From contig OZ024743.1 of NCBI GenBank assembly GCA_964016885.1, forward strand, positions 109,306,001-109,370,000: a DNA stretch of 64,000 bases. The letters run 5' to 3'. The stretch's first letter is position 1; each line of letters begins with the position of its first letter. The position numbers and the translations under genes are program-made. The notes under the pieces were generated by a model. That model searched no databases, was not told the DNA's origin, and was given only the letters and a program-made list of their open reading frames with translations. The stretch comes from Eledone cirrhosa (Eukaryota). Shown in pieces: positions 27,501 to 41,628 of the stretch.

Positions 27501-28479
27501 GTCGTTGAAGTACCGTTTTGCGGCCGTAAATAAAAGTGACCCTCAATAGAACAATAAGATAGTTATTGGAGTTTCGATGGAGAAATGCGGTGTAGTCATT
27601 TCAAAACTACTTCAAAGAGGAGTATCAGTAACACTTCGAGAGTGGAGAAGACGACTACAAATATTCATTTTGGAATTCTTGCTGGTGGAAAGAGATTGAA
27701 GGGAAACACTACCAAGAGTAACAGAAGAAGAGGCATCGATTAATTATTTCTCTCTCAGACCAAATATCCACAATTGAAGAACAATATAATCATCATCGAA
27801 ATTCGACCGACAACCACAAACTAAACCCTTATTCCCAACTCATATATATCTATTTTGGCTTGGTATCTGAATGCCCTTCCTAACACCAGGCACTGGTGAC
27901 CTAGGGGCTTTTTTCTCGTGTCAACAATACAACCGCGTTAGAGGATAGACTGGGTGCTGTCTGTCCTGTCATTAGCATGAGGAATTATAGGGGGGACTGG
28001 GCGCCTTTTTACCTGTCACCAGCACGACCATTTTTCAGTGTGAACAGGGTGATTTTCTTGTGTCACTAACACGACAACCTTACAAGATACGATTGGTTAC
28101 TTTTCTTTTTGTGGCACCGGATCAGCCTACAGGGTGGATTTTAGCTTGAGGTCATCGCAACAACATTATGGCGTGTCAAGCGAATCCAGCATTCATAGGT
28201 TGGGCATGTTAGGTGTATCGGGGTTAGGCTGGAGGGCAGCTAAACCAATTCGTCATCCATTAGGGTCGCAGGATATGTAGCAGGTGAGAGGGTTTTAAGA
28301 CAGAGGAGAGTGGGTGAAGGTGGAGATAGGATTACTGCAAATGTATGTGCCCTCTACATATTTATTTAATATTATTTTGTGTACAAGGGAGAGTGACCCT
28401 TCAGCCGTACAGCTTGTCACCAGAGATGTCGATCCAGTGTAATCTTGTTTGTGAGGTTTAATACGGCGACGTCAGCTTT

Positions 28480-29480
28480 TATCACTTCAACCCGATTTTT
28501 TCTAGGTCTTACTCTCCCATATTTACCATCATCTTTGAGAGCGCTGTACATTTTTATATTGTTGCAATCCCCTATAAAGTATCACATATCCAAACCACCG
28601 AAATCTCCTTTCCTGTACATTTCATTTAACCCCCTATCTTTAGGTTACCATTCAGTTTACTGATGCTTTGTCGTTCATGCAGGCCTCCTCCGCACTTCTA
28701 ACGGAGCAGGCAAGCTTCATTTTTTTTCCAATCTTCGTAGGTCCTGTACACATTGCCCAGATCTCACTACAATGCAGCAATAATGTTAGAACATACGCTT
28801 TAAGCAATCTACTATGCCTTGTGAGAAAAAAAAATGTTTAACTAGCAGCAGTTTTAGGTTCCTGAGCGTTTTCCATCTCATTGTCACTCTGGATATTATA
28901 CTTTCAGAACACCCACCTACAATGCTAATTTGGACCCCATGTAAACGGATACTTTCGGCAACTTCCGCAAATCCTTCTGAGCATTTAAAAGATTGTTTCT
29001 TCATACCTCATGATACCTACTGCTCTCGTGGTGGCTATATACAAACCCTACATTCCTTGCTAGCCTGCTTGAGATCCCACTACATCTCTTGTATTAGCAT
29101 ACGTTGCATTTAGTACACAACATTGAATTCTACATACTCCATTCCTGGACACTCAACAAGGCCATTTGCCTGAGGAAGTGTCGGCCCTGTTTTCATTTCT
29201 ACTCATTAGAACCTTAGTTTTTGCCATATTGACATTAAGACATTTCGATTATAGGCGTTACCACTAGGTTTGGAATGTTTTCTTTAATTCTGACACAGAT
29301 TCTTCTAGAAAGGTTAGATCATCTGCGTACATCTATTCCCAAGAGCACTCAATCTTAAATTCCTCTGTTATTGCCATCAGAAAGATAATGAACAGGAGAG
29401 GTCCAAGAAAGGAGAGTTGATGGACGGTACATTTTTCGCTGCAGTCATTGTTTATCTCATCTTACTGACTGATCCTCTCT
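28480..29480 (-). mobile_element. Decayed RTE-clade LINE reverse transcriptase
   Basis: VHQLSFLGPLLFIIFLMAITEEFKIECSWE*MYADDL; GGCSESIISRVTMRWK. Confidence 0.8.
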
Positions 29481-30425
29481 TTCTGGGCCAGAGATTTAGA
29501 GTAGACACAGTGACATATACACTACACTTGCCTACTCGATACCGTCATTCAAATGCGGAAGAAGCTTGACATCTACCATCCTGTATAAATCGAATTAAGA
29601 GCAAGTAGTTTTTCTAACAAAAATGGAATTGATCACAGAGCATATTATCAGTTCGAAATATATTTTGACACACATTCTTCTATATCATTTTGTGTCACAG
29701 ATGCCATTAAATATATTTTTTCTCTTTCTAAAAGAAGAAGAAAATAAAACGAGAAAATACTGTTAACATATACATAGATTTATTGTCGTTTCGCATTGCT
29801 TCTCATGTTGTACGCTTCACATGACTGGAGGGGTCAATCCGATGTTTTTTTAAATTTGATTTCTAATACCTAAAGAAGGAGTAAAGGAAAACCCAGGAGG
29901 AAAAAAATATATATTTCAGAATTTTCGATTCTGTTATTGCTCGAATATTCATCCTGTGATCTCTTGATACGTTCGAATAAGGTTCAACAATTAATACAAA
30001 TACATAAAAAAGAAGAGTAACCATTTGAAATATTGGAATACATTTGTTTAATCAACTGTTAATGTTTGAAAGCTGATATATTTGGTCAAACTGACCTTTT
30101 GCCGTTCAGAAGGTTTTGTTCGAAGCCATTAATAAATAAATCGTTAGCCTATAACGAAGCTATGACAAGCAACACATAAATTGCGGAGACCTGAAATCAC
30201 ATACACGTGAAAATATTATGTCTTGATTTCGATACTCACGTAAAAATAGGAGAGAAATATATAATGCACATATGCAGCTAGTTCACTAGCACGCATAGAA
30301 ATATGCATACGCACACGCACACATACAAACACACATAGCCACACACACACTCACACACACGCACACACACACACACACACGCTTACACACACACTCACTC
30401 TCACACACGATATATATATACACGA

Positions 30426-30465
<40 letters not shown>

Positions 30466-30978
30466 AATCTGTGTGTGTGTAACCATATATGTATCATATA
30501 TGTGTGTGCGTGTCATAGTGTGTTTGTGTGTGAGTTCGTGTGTCAGAGTATATATATATATGTGATCTTCTCTTTCATATTGACGATTTTTTTTTTTTTC
30601 AAACGAATTCCTCTTTTCCTTGTTGTTGGTGAGAAAAAATTGTATATTTATATCTTTTTTACACGGATAGTAAATTAAATCAATAATTAACGACAGGTTT
30701 ATAGTCATGTTCCTCCGATGAAAATTCGTTGACGTTTGTGGTACGCCTCTGTGATTTCTGAACACCTTCACTGCCTAGATAGCTTCGTCAACGATCAAGA
30801 GCATAACAAGTTATTTTCTGTGATAACAAACATAAATAAGTAAGACATAAGAAACGTCAACAGTTTCTTCGTGTTAATGAATATATCACTGCATCATGGA
30901 ACAAATGCTATGACTCGGTTTAGGAAATGAGTCACCGATGTCCGTTACTATTTTCCTTTTTTCCGATATACATTAGCA

Positions 30979-31025
<47 letters not shown>

Positions 31026-31101
31026 AGTACATGTGTGTTTATATGTATGTATATGTATGATATATTTATGTATATATGCAAATACATGAATAAACACCAT
31101 A

Positions 31102-31187
<86 letters not shown>

Positions 31188-31476
31188 CATAAGACTAATA
31201 CATCTCTGGAATTGAAACATCTCAAAGAAAGGAGAAACTAATCCAAACAGGAAACATATCAATGATTTATATTTCCTATCGAAGGGCTTTTTGTTCCTTC
31301 ATATATCTCTGAATTGTGTTAACTGTACTGATGTACGTTGTATTTACGCAAATTAAACTAGTAGATTTTTTATTTGCTCGAAAAATGTGACACTCATGTG
31401 ACAGGTATGTGTATTTCCGCACACACACATATAAATGTATATCATTTTATGGATGTATGGATGGATGGGTGCATGC

Positions 31477-31540
<64 letters not shown>

Positions 31541-31864
31541 GCAAAAAGGTGACGTGGTTGCCTTAACACCGTGCGGCATAAATTCAGGCTGTTCAGTTTG
31601 TTTACAAACGAACAAAGCGGGCGCTATAATAAGCGTCCGCTAAACTGATGCGTACATATATGTATGTATATATGTGTATATATATATCAATATATATATA
31701 TATATATGCATGCTACTGTACGTCTGTATACATATATGTATGTACGTATACATACATACTTACATTTAAGTAAGTGCCGTACTAAGAGTGAGAAATGAAA
31801 TTTCGTTTTCATTTTATTACAACTCATCGTTTTCGGTGCGCCTGACCGATTTAACTCACTCGAT

Positions 31865-31872
31865 ATGCAAAT
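31865..31872 (+). promoter_or_regulatory. Octamer motif ATGCAAAT in the family A monomer (also at 17379, 17762, 38793, 39212 on minus and 39279 on plus)
   Basis: Exact octamer, starting 88 nt upstream of the HHR core in this copy; function inferred only. Confidence 0.45.
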
Positions 31873-31946
31873 TAGGCTGCTCAGCCGTTAATTTTCATAA
31901 GGAAAGTATATACTTTCGAACGTTCAACTATCTGGCAGATGGGTAT

Positions 31947-31989
31947 ACGGTGCTGATGATAGCTAACAAGCTTGAAACTAGTACATCGT
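31947..31989 (+). ncRNA. Family A HHR, intact
   Basis: acggtg-CTGATGA-t AGCT aaca AGCT t-GAAA-ctag-TA-catcgt. Confidence 0.88.
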
Positions 31990-32308
31990 TCCTGTGTCAG
32001 TGTTGAACAAAAAGGTGACGTGGTTGCCTTAACACCGTGCGGCATACATTCAGGCTGTTCAGTTTGTTTACAAACGAACAAAGCGGGCGCTATAATAAGC
32101 GTCCGCTAAACTGATGCGTACATATATGTATGTGTACCTGTATTTATATATGTGTATATATATATCAATATATATATATATATATATATATATGCATGCT
32201 ACTGTACGTCTGTATACATATATGTATGTACGTATACATACATACTTACATTTAAGTAAGTACCGTACTAAGAGTGAGAAATGAAATTTCGTTTTCATTT
32301 TATTACAA

Positions 32309-32372
<64 letters not shown>

Positions 32373-32719
32373 ACATTAACAGAGAAAGCCTTAAGCTATA
32401 CTCTGACTGGCTTCCATCTCACTCAACAAACATTAGAATATACCTTAGTATAATCCCAATTTTATGTTTGGGTGCTAACTATATGTATTTTGCGGAAAGC
32501 CAGTTGTATTATTTTATATGAGATATAATTAAAATTAAAATGTATCTCCCTTTCCAAACAATTGTTTCATTATAAGTTTTCTACAAGTTGGGAGAATGTG
32601 TCCGGGTTATGTAGAAGCCTGCACATCTTTCTGTAAGAACATATGCAGGTGGGCACTTATAAATCATCAGTGGATGCCCGTAAGAAAAATTCTCTTACCG
32701 ATGTCAATTATATATATAT

Positions 32720-33387
32720 ATAAGCAAAAAGGATGAAATCGAAAATGCAACTGGAGTCTTATTTAAAAAATATATATATATATTTATTTGGTTCCTTTAC
32801 CCTTTTCGAAGTTCTTCTGCTTTTCAAAAGTAGAGTTGAGATGGAGGGTCTGTGGTGTTTCTCACATCTGGTTGCTCTTTGAATGTTTTATATGAAAAAA
32901 AGTGGCTCGAAACTCCAGGATTTTCGAGAAATAATTTGATTGGTTGGTGAATAAGTATAATAAATTTCGCGCCAATTCGCGTTACAAAGTTATTCAAACA
33001 AAGGGAGGGGTCCTCAGGTTGTTTTTTCATGTATGAGTGAAGTTTGGTTGGTTGATGCAGTCACGTGAATAAGCACATCAGCTTTCGTGTCAGTTTGTTT
33101 GAATTTCTTTTTAAAAGGTGGCGCACGAAGGCTTTTTTTTATAAATGTGATTTGATTGGTTATAAATGAGATTAAGACTGTCACGTTAAATTTCGCGCCC
33201 GTATTTGGGAATTTATTTTGTAGCCTTTTAGAGAATGTTATGACAAACAAAAGATAATGGTCAAGAGAAATGGAACGGGGAGAATTGTTCTGGTTCAGTG
33301 AATATTGCAGATTTGCTGGGGTGTCAGAATTCAGAGTACGTATTATTGAAATAAAGAAAGTAGAGATATGTATGTTTATTTGTGTGC

Positions 33388-33435
<48 letters not shown>

Positions 33436-35630
33436 GAAGATGATTTTATTAGTAAGGATGGAGTTGTGTGTGTGTATATGGGTGTTATGTGTGTGTATAT
33501 GTTGTGTGTCTATGTGTGTGTATGTGTGTCTGTGTATGTGTGTGGGGGGGGGGGGTTCCGTTAGTAGAAATATTTTTGAATAAACATATTTGCCTTATTT
33601 ATTCGTATTTGTTCTGTTGTATTGTCAGCGCAAACGTATGTTAAGGTTTATTTTGTTCGGGTTTTTATTTTCTAAAGTAGAAGGTGTTATGTATGTGTGT
33701 ATGTGTCTGTTTGGATGTTAGCATGTTATGGTGTTGACATAATGTATATTCAACTATATTTAATGCTGGTCTATATTTTTGTATAAACATATTTTCCTTT
33801 TTTATTCGTATTTGGTGTGTTGTATTGTCAGCGCAAAGTTAAAATGGGAAGACTTAGAATTTGGGTGTCTTATTACTTGCGCATATGTCTAGATGTGCTT
33901 AGAGGTATCTGTGTCGTGGTTGGATCTGGTAATTGTTGGCGATGAACTGTCATTTTGTTTCTGAGTGTGAGTTTAGTTTGTCCTATATAATCTTCATTGC
34001 AACCATTACATTTAATGGCAGAAATTAGATTGTTTGATGAGCAAGTGAAGTGATTTTTTACAGCAAAATTGTTTCCTGATTGAAATGTATACGTGTTGCC
34101 TGCAATGAGGTGAGTGCAGGTTCCACAATTAGAGCGACCACATTTGTTGACAGTTGGTTGTGGGTTTGAGTAATATTGTTAGTGATTTCGGTTGTCTTTT
34201 GCTTTTTATTATTTTGTGTGTTTCGAGGGCTTTTTTCATTCTTGGTTCTTGTTTCGATAGTGAGATGTTCTTGTGAATAGTGTTGAAAGCTTCCGCATTT
34301 CTTGAGTTGTGTGTTGAGATATATGATAGAATATTGGACGTACCTTGAATTTGTTTCTGTTTTCGTAATTCATCAATGACTATTTTTTTAGCCCTTTCTA
34401 TTCCATTATTTATTAGTATTGGTGGGTACTGTCTTTCGAGTAGAATTTCCTTTAATTTTTGAAGTCTTTTATGTCGCGTTTCATAATTGGAGACAATTGT
34501 GCACATTCTTCTTGCTAGATTAAAAGGAATGTTCGTCTTCGTGTGCTTTGGATGGTTGGAGGTGAATAGCAGGTATTGTTTGGAATCTGTTGGTTTGTAG
34601 TGTATATCAGTTTCAATATTTGTGTCTTTTTTTAAGATTAAGATGTCCAGAAATGGGAGTTGATCTTGGCTGTATTCCATTAATTAAATTTTAAAATCAT
34701 TCAGTTGTTCGAGTGTGTGGGACCAAAGAATGAGACAATCATCCAAGTAACATTTCCAATTATCTGATAAATATTTGGGGAAGTTCAATCCGTATTTTGA
34801 TTTGGACTGTTTATATATCTGGACTTCTAAGTATGCCATCAGTAAGTTGGCATAAGTTGGAGCGGCTTTTATACCCATCGCAGTCCCCGTTATTTGCATG
34901 TAAGTACTGTCATCGAAATCAAAAAGTTGTTCTGTAAGATAAATTTCAATCCCTCGGTGATGAACCTTATTTTCTATTTTGCCAGGTATCTCATTGGGAT
35001 ATTTCTCTAGCCAGAATCCTATGGCTTCTAGTCCGTATTGGTTGGGATCATTGTGTAAAGATTCACTACATCGAAAGACACAATAATAGTGTCATTGTTG
35101 ACACGCTTGGGGAGGTGGTTTAACAGGTCCAGATCGTCTCTTACAAGGCTTGGTATGTGTTTGAGAGTTGGTTTTAGTAGTATGCCTATAAAGTTGTGCA
35201 GTCTGTGTGTTTCACATTGTGGGCCCGCTACAATTGGTCTTAATTTAAGGTATGTGGCGTATTGTGTGTTCATGTAATTTTCTACAGGAGTGTGACATAT
35301 CGTCATTTATCTCATTGTGGTTAGAGGATTGTGGTGTTGGTGTGAATTGACTTCCAACTTTACCTTTGCGCTGAAAATACATTAGAACAAATACGAATAA
35401 ATATGGAAAATATGTTTATTCAAAATTATAGACCAGCATTAAATTTAGTTCAATATACATTATGTCATCACCATAACATGCTATCCATCCAAACAGGCAC
35501 ATACGCACACACATAACACCTTCTACTTTAGAAAATAAAAACCCGAACAAAATAATCCTTAACATAGGTTTGCGCTGAAAATACAACAGAACAAATACGG
35601 ATAAATAAGGAAAATATGTTTATTCAAAAA
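32720..35630 (-). mobile_element. Decayed PLE: RT plus GIY-YIG (about 33760-35260), 3' pLTR with degenerate family B HHR (32794-32831), and an inverted segment at the 5' end (about 35364-35630)
   Basis: LRPIVAGPQCET, SFDVVNLYT, QITGTAMG..APTYANL, YLDDC, LPFLDILI...TDIHYKPT; 35364-35630 is the reverse complement of about 33575-33838. Confidence 0.88.
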
Positions 35631-35650
35631 TATATAACATTTACGAAAGG

Positions 35651-36070
35651 TTGAACTGTAGAAACAAAGCAAATTGCCCATTAAAAGGAAATTGCCTTAT
35701 TAATAACATAGTATACAAATGTAAAATTAGCACTAAGGACTCAACTTATTCATATATAGGAGCTACTTCTAACCAATTTAAAGTAATATGTAATACACAC
35801 AAACACAGTTTTAAAAATGCCACATTTGCTAATACAACATCCTTAGCTGAAATAATTAATAATTATAGAAAAAAGAATATCGATTATAACCTGACCTGGA
35901 GTGTGCTCAAAAGAGCCACTCTTATCAAAATAATAGATATGAATGTAGATTATGTTCCCAGGAACTTTTTGAAATGATGAAATCTAAGGATATCCTATTA
36001 AATAAGCGACAAGAATTGATAATATCGTGCAATCATAGAATTAGAAAAACTTTCAAATATTATAAACCTA
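35651..36070 (+). mobile_element. Naiad-type GIY-YIG endonuclease fragment
   Basis: NCRNKANCPLKGNCLINNIVYKCKI...YIGAT; ECRLC; LNKRQELIISCNH. Confidence 0.85.
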
Positions 36071-36756
36071 ATTAATATACACTTATATTTTACATATTAT
36101 TATAATTAATTTTTCTAAATTAGTTAACCTATAATTAATATTCTACTACTAAGAACTGCATAATTTTATTTCCCTTTTACAGCTATCTTTTCCTAAAATT
36201 CATACAAATAAGTATACATATAAACGATTTTAGTTTCATGTTATGAATCTAAATTCCTTGTAATCTATATAAGTTTGTTATTTCTCACTAATATATTTAT
36301 CCCCCCCCCCAAAAAAAAGCAAACATTGTTTTCCTTCGTTTTTAACAACATTCTTTAATAACATCTAACTCTTATTTATCATATCTATATGAATTAATAT
36401 AAATTTATCCCTATAAATATACCTATCAATTAAATTAATTTAATTTCTTTTTATAGATCTAAATTCCTGATGTTTTAAATAAGATTGATAATTTTCACTA
36501 ATGAATTTATCGTAAAATGTTATTCTCCTCAGATTTTAACATTAGCATTATTCTTTAATAACATCAATTTTTCTTGTACCTTTCACCGGCTTGATCTATT
36601 TTCATCCCCAAAGTAATATTTTCATTCAAAACTAAAGTTTGCATTCCTCTACCCCTAAATTAAATTTCTACTACTACGCTTCTATCAACTTGACAACTTA
36701 CTACTTTTATATTGGTCAATTCAAAACCTGTTCCCAAACAGACCTATTATATTAAA

Positions 36757-36846
36757 TCTGTGCCTTTCATCCTTCCGGGGTCAATAGAATAAAGTACCAG
36801 TAATGCATTGGATAATTACTGTCCTTGTGCCAAAAGTAGAAACAAT
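36757..36846 (+). mobile_element. SINE 3' fragment
   Basis: tgcctttcatccttccggggtcaata...gtgccaaaagtagaaacaatt. Confidence 0.8.
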
Positions 36847-37121
36847 TATATTAAATCTTTGTTGGTTTTCTTCAATAAACAAGTATCATTATTTCTGAAG
36901 ACAGCATAAATATGTGTTGGTATGTATATTCCCTCTGATAGATTGTAAATTTTTTACATAGAAGTATATGATATACATATCAACACATACATATATATAC
37001 TAGAAACGATCGTAAAATGATGAATTTTTAATATAAGGAAATGTTTCTTTGTTTTTATTCATTATTTTTATTAATATATATATACATATATATATATTTA
37101 TATATACACACAAATACAAAC

Positions 37122-37152
<31 letters not shown>

Positions 37153-37367
37153 ATCCGAGAAAGCTAATAGCGATACTCCGGCAAAATCCCAACTCACTCA
37201 AGAAACATTAGGAAATAACTGAGCATATTCCTAATTAAACGTTCGGGGTGCTAACTAATTGTATTGTGTGGACAATTGGCTGTATCATTTCATATAAGAT
37301 ATATCAAATATATCCCATATGTCTCATATATATATATATATACATATAGATAGATATATAAACACAC

Positions 37368-37498
<131 letters not shown>

Positions 37499-37793
37499 CA
37501 TAGAACAAAATTGAATTGCATTTAAAAGATCGCTATTTCGAATAACTTTCTTGTGTTTGTTTTGTAGAGAAATATTTTCAATGTTTGCAAAGTTAAATAG
37601 ATGTACAATGTTATTATATCAACAAAGTGATAGATTGTAATTGCTCTAAGATTGTCGCTATATGAAGAAAAAAAACTTATCCGAAATGAAGTACTTTTGT
37701 TCAAGTATGTTTATACATCAATTTAAAATAAAATAAAATAAATGCTTTTAATGATACGCACACGCGCACATGCGCACACGCGCACACAAACAC

Positions 37794-37850
<57 letters not shown>

Positions 37851-38559
37851 TATATAAACACCCAAACAAGCACACACGCGCAAACGCATATATATATGTC
37901 TGTATGTCTACTTACGTCTGCTTCATTGTCTGACGAATTATGTAAAATATTTCAAACTTGAGCGCCTTAATAAAATAAAAAAATAATAATAATAACAGTA
38001 TATTACAAGAAATAAAGAGTGAAATGTGTTTAGTGTTTAGACTCAATAATAAAACAAACAAATAACCAAACCAAAATGTCAAGTTGTAGATTTAAAGGAA
38101 GTTTTAAGTAGATTCAAGTAATAATGAATAGTACTTCTTTTTAAACATTGATCGATTTCGAAGAAAGACATCATGAAGTCATAAAATGGCTACAATTAGA
38201 TAAAATACATCTCACATCTGAATTGGAATGTAACGAACTCATCTGAAAGACAGTGAGTGCGGAATTTTCAATATTACATACCGGTTTCAGCTCTAAAGAA
38301 AACGTATTTTATGTTTCCTTATTTGAATAGTTGTCGATTTAGTCATCCCTAAATCGCATGTCTTGTGTATGGTACATTTTAATGTTAGAAAGTGCAGCAC
38401 TAAAGTTTCAGAATATTGTTAGAAACTATCCTTATACGTTTAATGTAGCCCAGTCCATCAAACCCAATAAAAATTATGAATTCATTTCAAAAGTGAACAG
38501 GTCCAAATACCACCAGGTGCTCTCAAGAGAGTAACTGTTGTAGAGTCGATAGAATTTAA

Positions 38560-38785
38560 TGCAGATGTAGCAATAGGAAATCATACAGAGGAGCGGGAGT
38601 TAAGAGATAACCGAAACAAAATAGTGCTACTGTATCCATTGTGATTTCAGCGGGAATAGCACTAGACAATTTCTTCAATGTGAAATATGACGGTCGCATT
38701 GTCAGAGCTAAAGCACGTCATCTAATAAACGATGGAATGAAAGCTGTTTGATGGGCTCGATTTGCAGAGGTGCAGCGTGGTAACA
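38560..38785 (+). mobile_element. Tx1-like LINE fragment
   Basis: ctagacaatttcttcaatgtgaaatatgacggtcgcattgtcagagct is homologous to 14451-14500. Confidence 0.55.
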
Positions 38786-39102
38786 GAACCCAATTTGCAT
38801 ATCGAGGGGTTTAATCGGCCGGGTGCACCGAGAACGATAAACGTAAAATGAAACGAATTTTCATTTCCCTCTCTTAGTACGGCTGTTACTTAAATATAAG
38901 TATGTACACGTACATACATATATGTATACAGACGTACAGTAGTATGTATATATGTATATATACATACATGCATACATATATATATGTACGTATGGATTCA
39001 CCGAACATTTATAATGCCCGGTGTGTTTGTAAACAAACATCCCGTATTAATCCATAGTGTCTAGCAACCATCGTTGCTCGTTTGTTCAACACTGACAAAG
39101 GA

Positions 39103-39145
39103 AGACTGTACTAGTTTCAAGCTTATTAGCTATCGTCAGCAACGT
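39103..39145 (-). ncRNA. Family A HHR, intact core
   Basis: acgttg-CTGACGA-tagctaataagctt-GAAA-ctag-TA-cagtct. Confidence 0.8.
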
Positions 39146-39352
39146 ATACTTTCCTGCCAGATTGTTGAACGTATATACTTACCTTATGTATATTAATGGC
39201 TGAGTAGCCCAATTTGCATATCGAGTGGGTTAATCCGTTTATCGTTTTCGGTGCACACGGCCGATTAACTCACTCGATATGCAAATTGAGCTACTCAGCC
39301 ATTAATATGCATAAGGTAAGTATATACGTTCAACAATCTGGCAGGAAAGTAT

Positions 39353-39395
39353 ACGTTGCTGACGATAGCTAATAAGCTTGAAACTAGTACAGCGT
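39353..39395 (+). ncRNA. Family A HHR, intact
   Basis: acgttg-CTGACGA-tagctaataagctt-GAAA-ctag-TA-cagcgt. Confidence 0.88.
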
Positions 39396-39600
39396 TCCTT
39401 TGTCAGTGTTGAACAAACGAGCAACGATGGTTGCTAGACACTACGGCTGAATACGGGATGTTTGTTCACAAACACACCGGGCATTATAATGAATGTTCGG
39501 TGAATACATACGTACATATATATATATGTATGAATGTATGTATATATATATATACATACTACTGTACGTCTGTATACATATATGTATGCACGTGTACATA

Positions 39601-39722
<122 letters not shown>

Positions 39723-39918
39723 TGTGTGTGAGTGTGTGGGTATGTGTGGGTGTTTGTGTGTGTGTGTGTGTGACATCTCACACCTATGCTCGTTTATCTG
39801 GCCTCCTCCAGGGTATATCTCGTTTCTGGTCTCTTGCGTAATTTAATGATAGGGATCCCAGATTTATCATCTCATGTCTACAGCTGAGTAAATTGGAGCA
39901 TCGTGAGATATATATGTA

Positions 39919-39981
<63 letters not shown>

Positions 39982-40477
39982 ATATATGTTATTATGTAGA
40001 CAGGTAGACATATCTGTAAATACGAATTTCCCTTTAAAGTGAAAAGATAATTGATAAAAACCTTTAATCAATATATATATAAATTTATCTTTCGCGCCGG
40101 CTGCTGACGCATTTCTCATTATATATATCAACCCATTAGCAACAAGTGCACTACATATACGCAAATTATTACTTTCTTTTCAGAATATATCCCACCATAC
40201 TCCTTTTATTTTTACGTATAAACATATTTCATACATATCTATTTTTATGGTCATTTTTCGCTTTATATTATGTTTTTACTTCGTAACTTCCCTCCTTAAA
40301 ACGCTCCTTAGTCCCTCTTGGAGTTCCTGTCCTCCCCCTATCCGAACTCTCCTGACGAATGACTTATGTGCGAAACGTTGGAAGCTCCTCCACTTCTACC
40401 AAGCGTGGACCTAATATAATTGTGTACAATTGCCTCCTGGGATCATTTCGTTCATTTTAACTCTCTCTCTCTCTTTA

Positions 40478-40629
<152 letters not shown>

Positions 40630-40637
40630 GTTAAAGT

Positions 40638-41405
40638 GATGACGAAAGGATTTTTCTCTATATTGTTCCATTCGGAAACCATGTTTATTCCCTTTCAGAA
40701 ACTAATTAGTTGGAGTGAAATTTTAGTTAGTAAGTAAAATTTTTTAATTTTCTTATTTTACGTATTTCATATAATTGTTCTGCATCCCCTTGCATTGAAC
40801 CATAAAGTTACTAAGACAAAACCTATATATTTGCTAGCATAGGTATGCATCTGTATATACATATGTTGGTAGATATACTAATTCCTTATAATTATCTCCA
40901 AATTATTTTGTTGAGCAAAAATTTGCCAAAACTACTGCTATGGTTCATAGTAATAGTCAGGCTACTGTCTTATTAGCACCCCACTCCTCACTGGTTAACC
41001 TCGTTGTCACGTGATTGATTCTTTTGAATTTGCCACCGACCAAGTAGGCAGAGATTTTTTCAATGTCCTGGAATTTAGTCTTCGCTTGCTTTTTTCCATC
41101 CACTGAATTATTTTTGTATAAGTTCCCTGTGTCCACGCATTGCCTGGGAACTTAGCTGAGAATAGACCTCCCAGATGACGAAAAGATTTTTCTCCATGTT
41201 GTTCCATTCGGAAACCATGTTTATTCCCTTTCAGAAACTAATTAGTTGGAGTGAAATTTTAGTAAGTAAGTTAATTTTTATAATTTTCCTATTTTACGTC
41301 TTTCATATAATTGTTCTGCATCCCCTTGCATTGAACCACAAAGTTACTAAGACATAACCTATATAGGTATGCATCTGTGTATATATGTTGGTAGATATAC
41401 TAATT

Positions 41406-41410
<5 letters not shown>
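40638..41410 (+). repeat. Direct repeat of about 240 bp (40638-40890 and 41174-41410)
   Basis: gatgacgaaa.gatttttctc...ggaaaccatgtttattccctttcagaaactaattagttggagtg...ggtagatatactaattc. Confidence 0.9.
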
Positions 41411-41440
<30 letters not shown>

Positions 41441-41562
41441 ACATACACATGTGTGTGAGTATTTGAGCAGAGAACCGTGAAAAAAACAACAAATCAGAGG
41501 TAGGTAGTTAATTAGTTCATGGTTTTCGTGGAATATTCTCTCTCTTCCTCTGTGTGTGTGTG

Positions 41563-41628
<66 letters not shown>

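Larger units (their letters stand above)
31542..32309 (+). mobile_element. Family A locus 3: head-to-tail array of about 1.65 monomers, period 466 bp
   Basis: aaaaaggtgacgtggttgccttaacaccgtgcggc at about 31543 and 32009; flanked by (TA)n on both sides. Confidence 0.92.

Noticed and set aside
40345-40385. CTGACGA...GAAACGTT motif
   Set aside because: Stems I and II pair poorly; at best a decayed HHR
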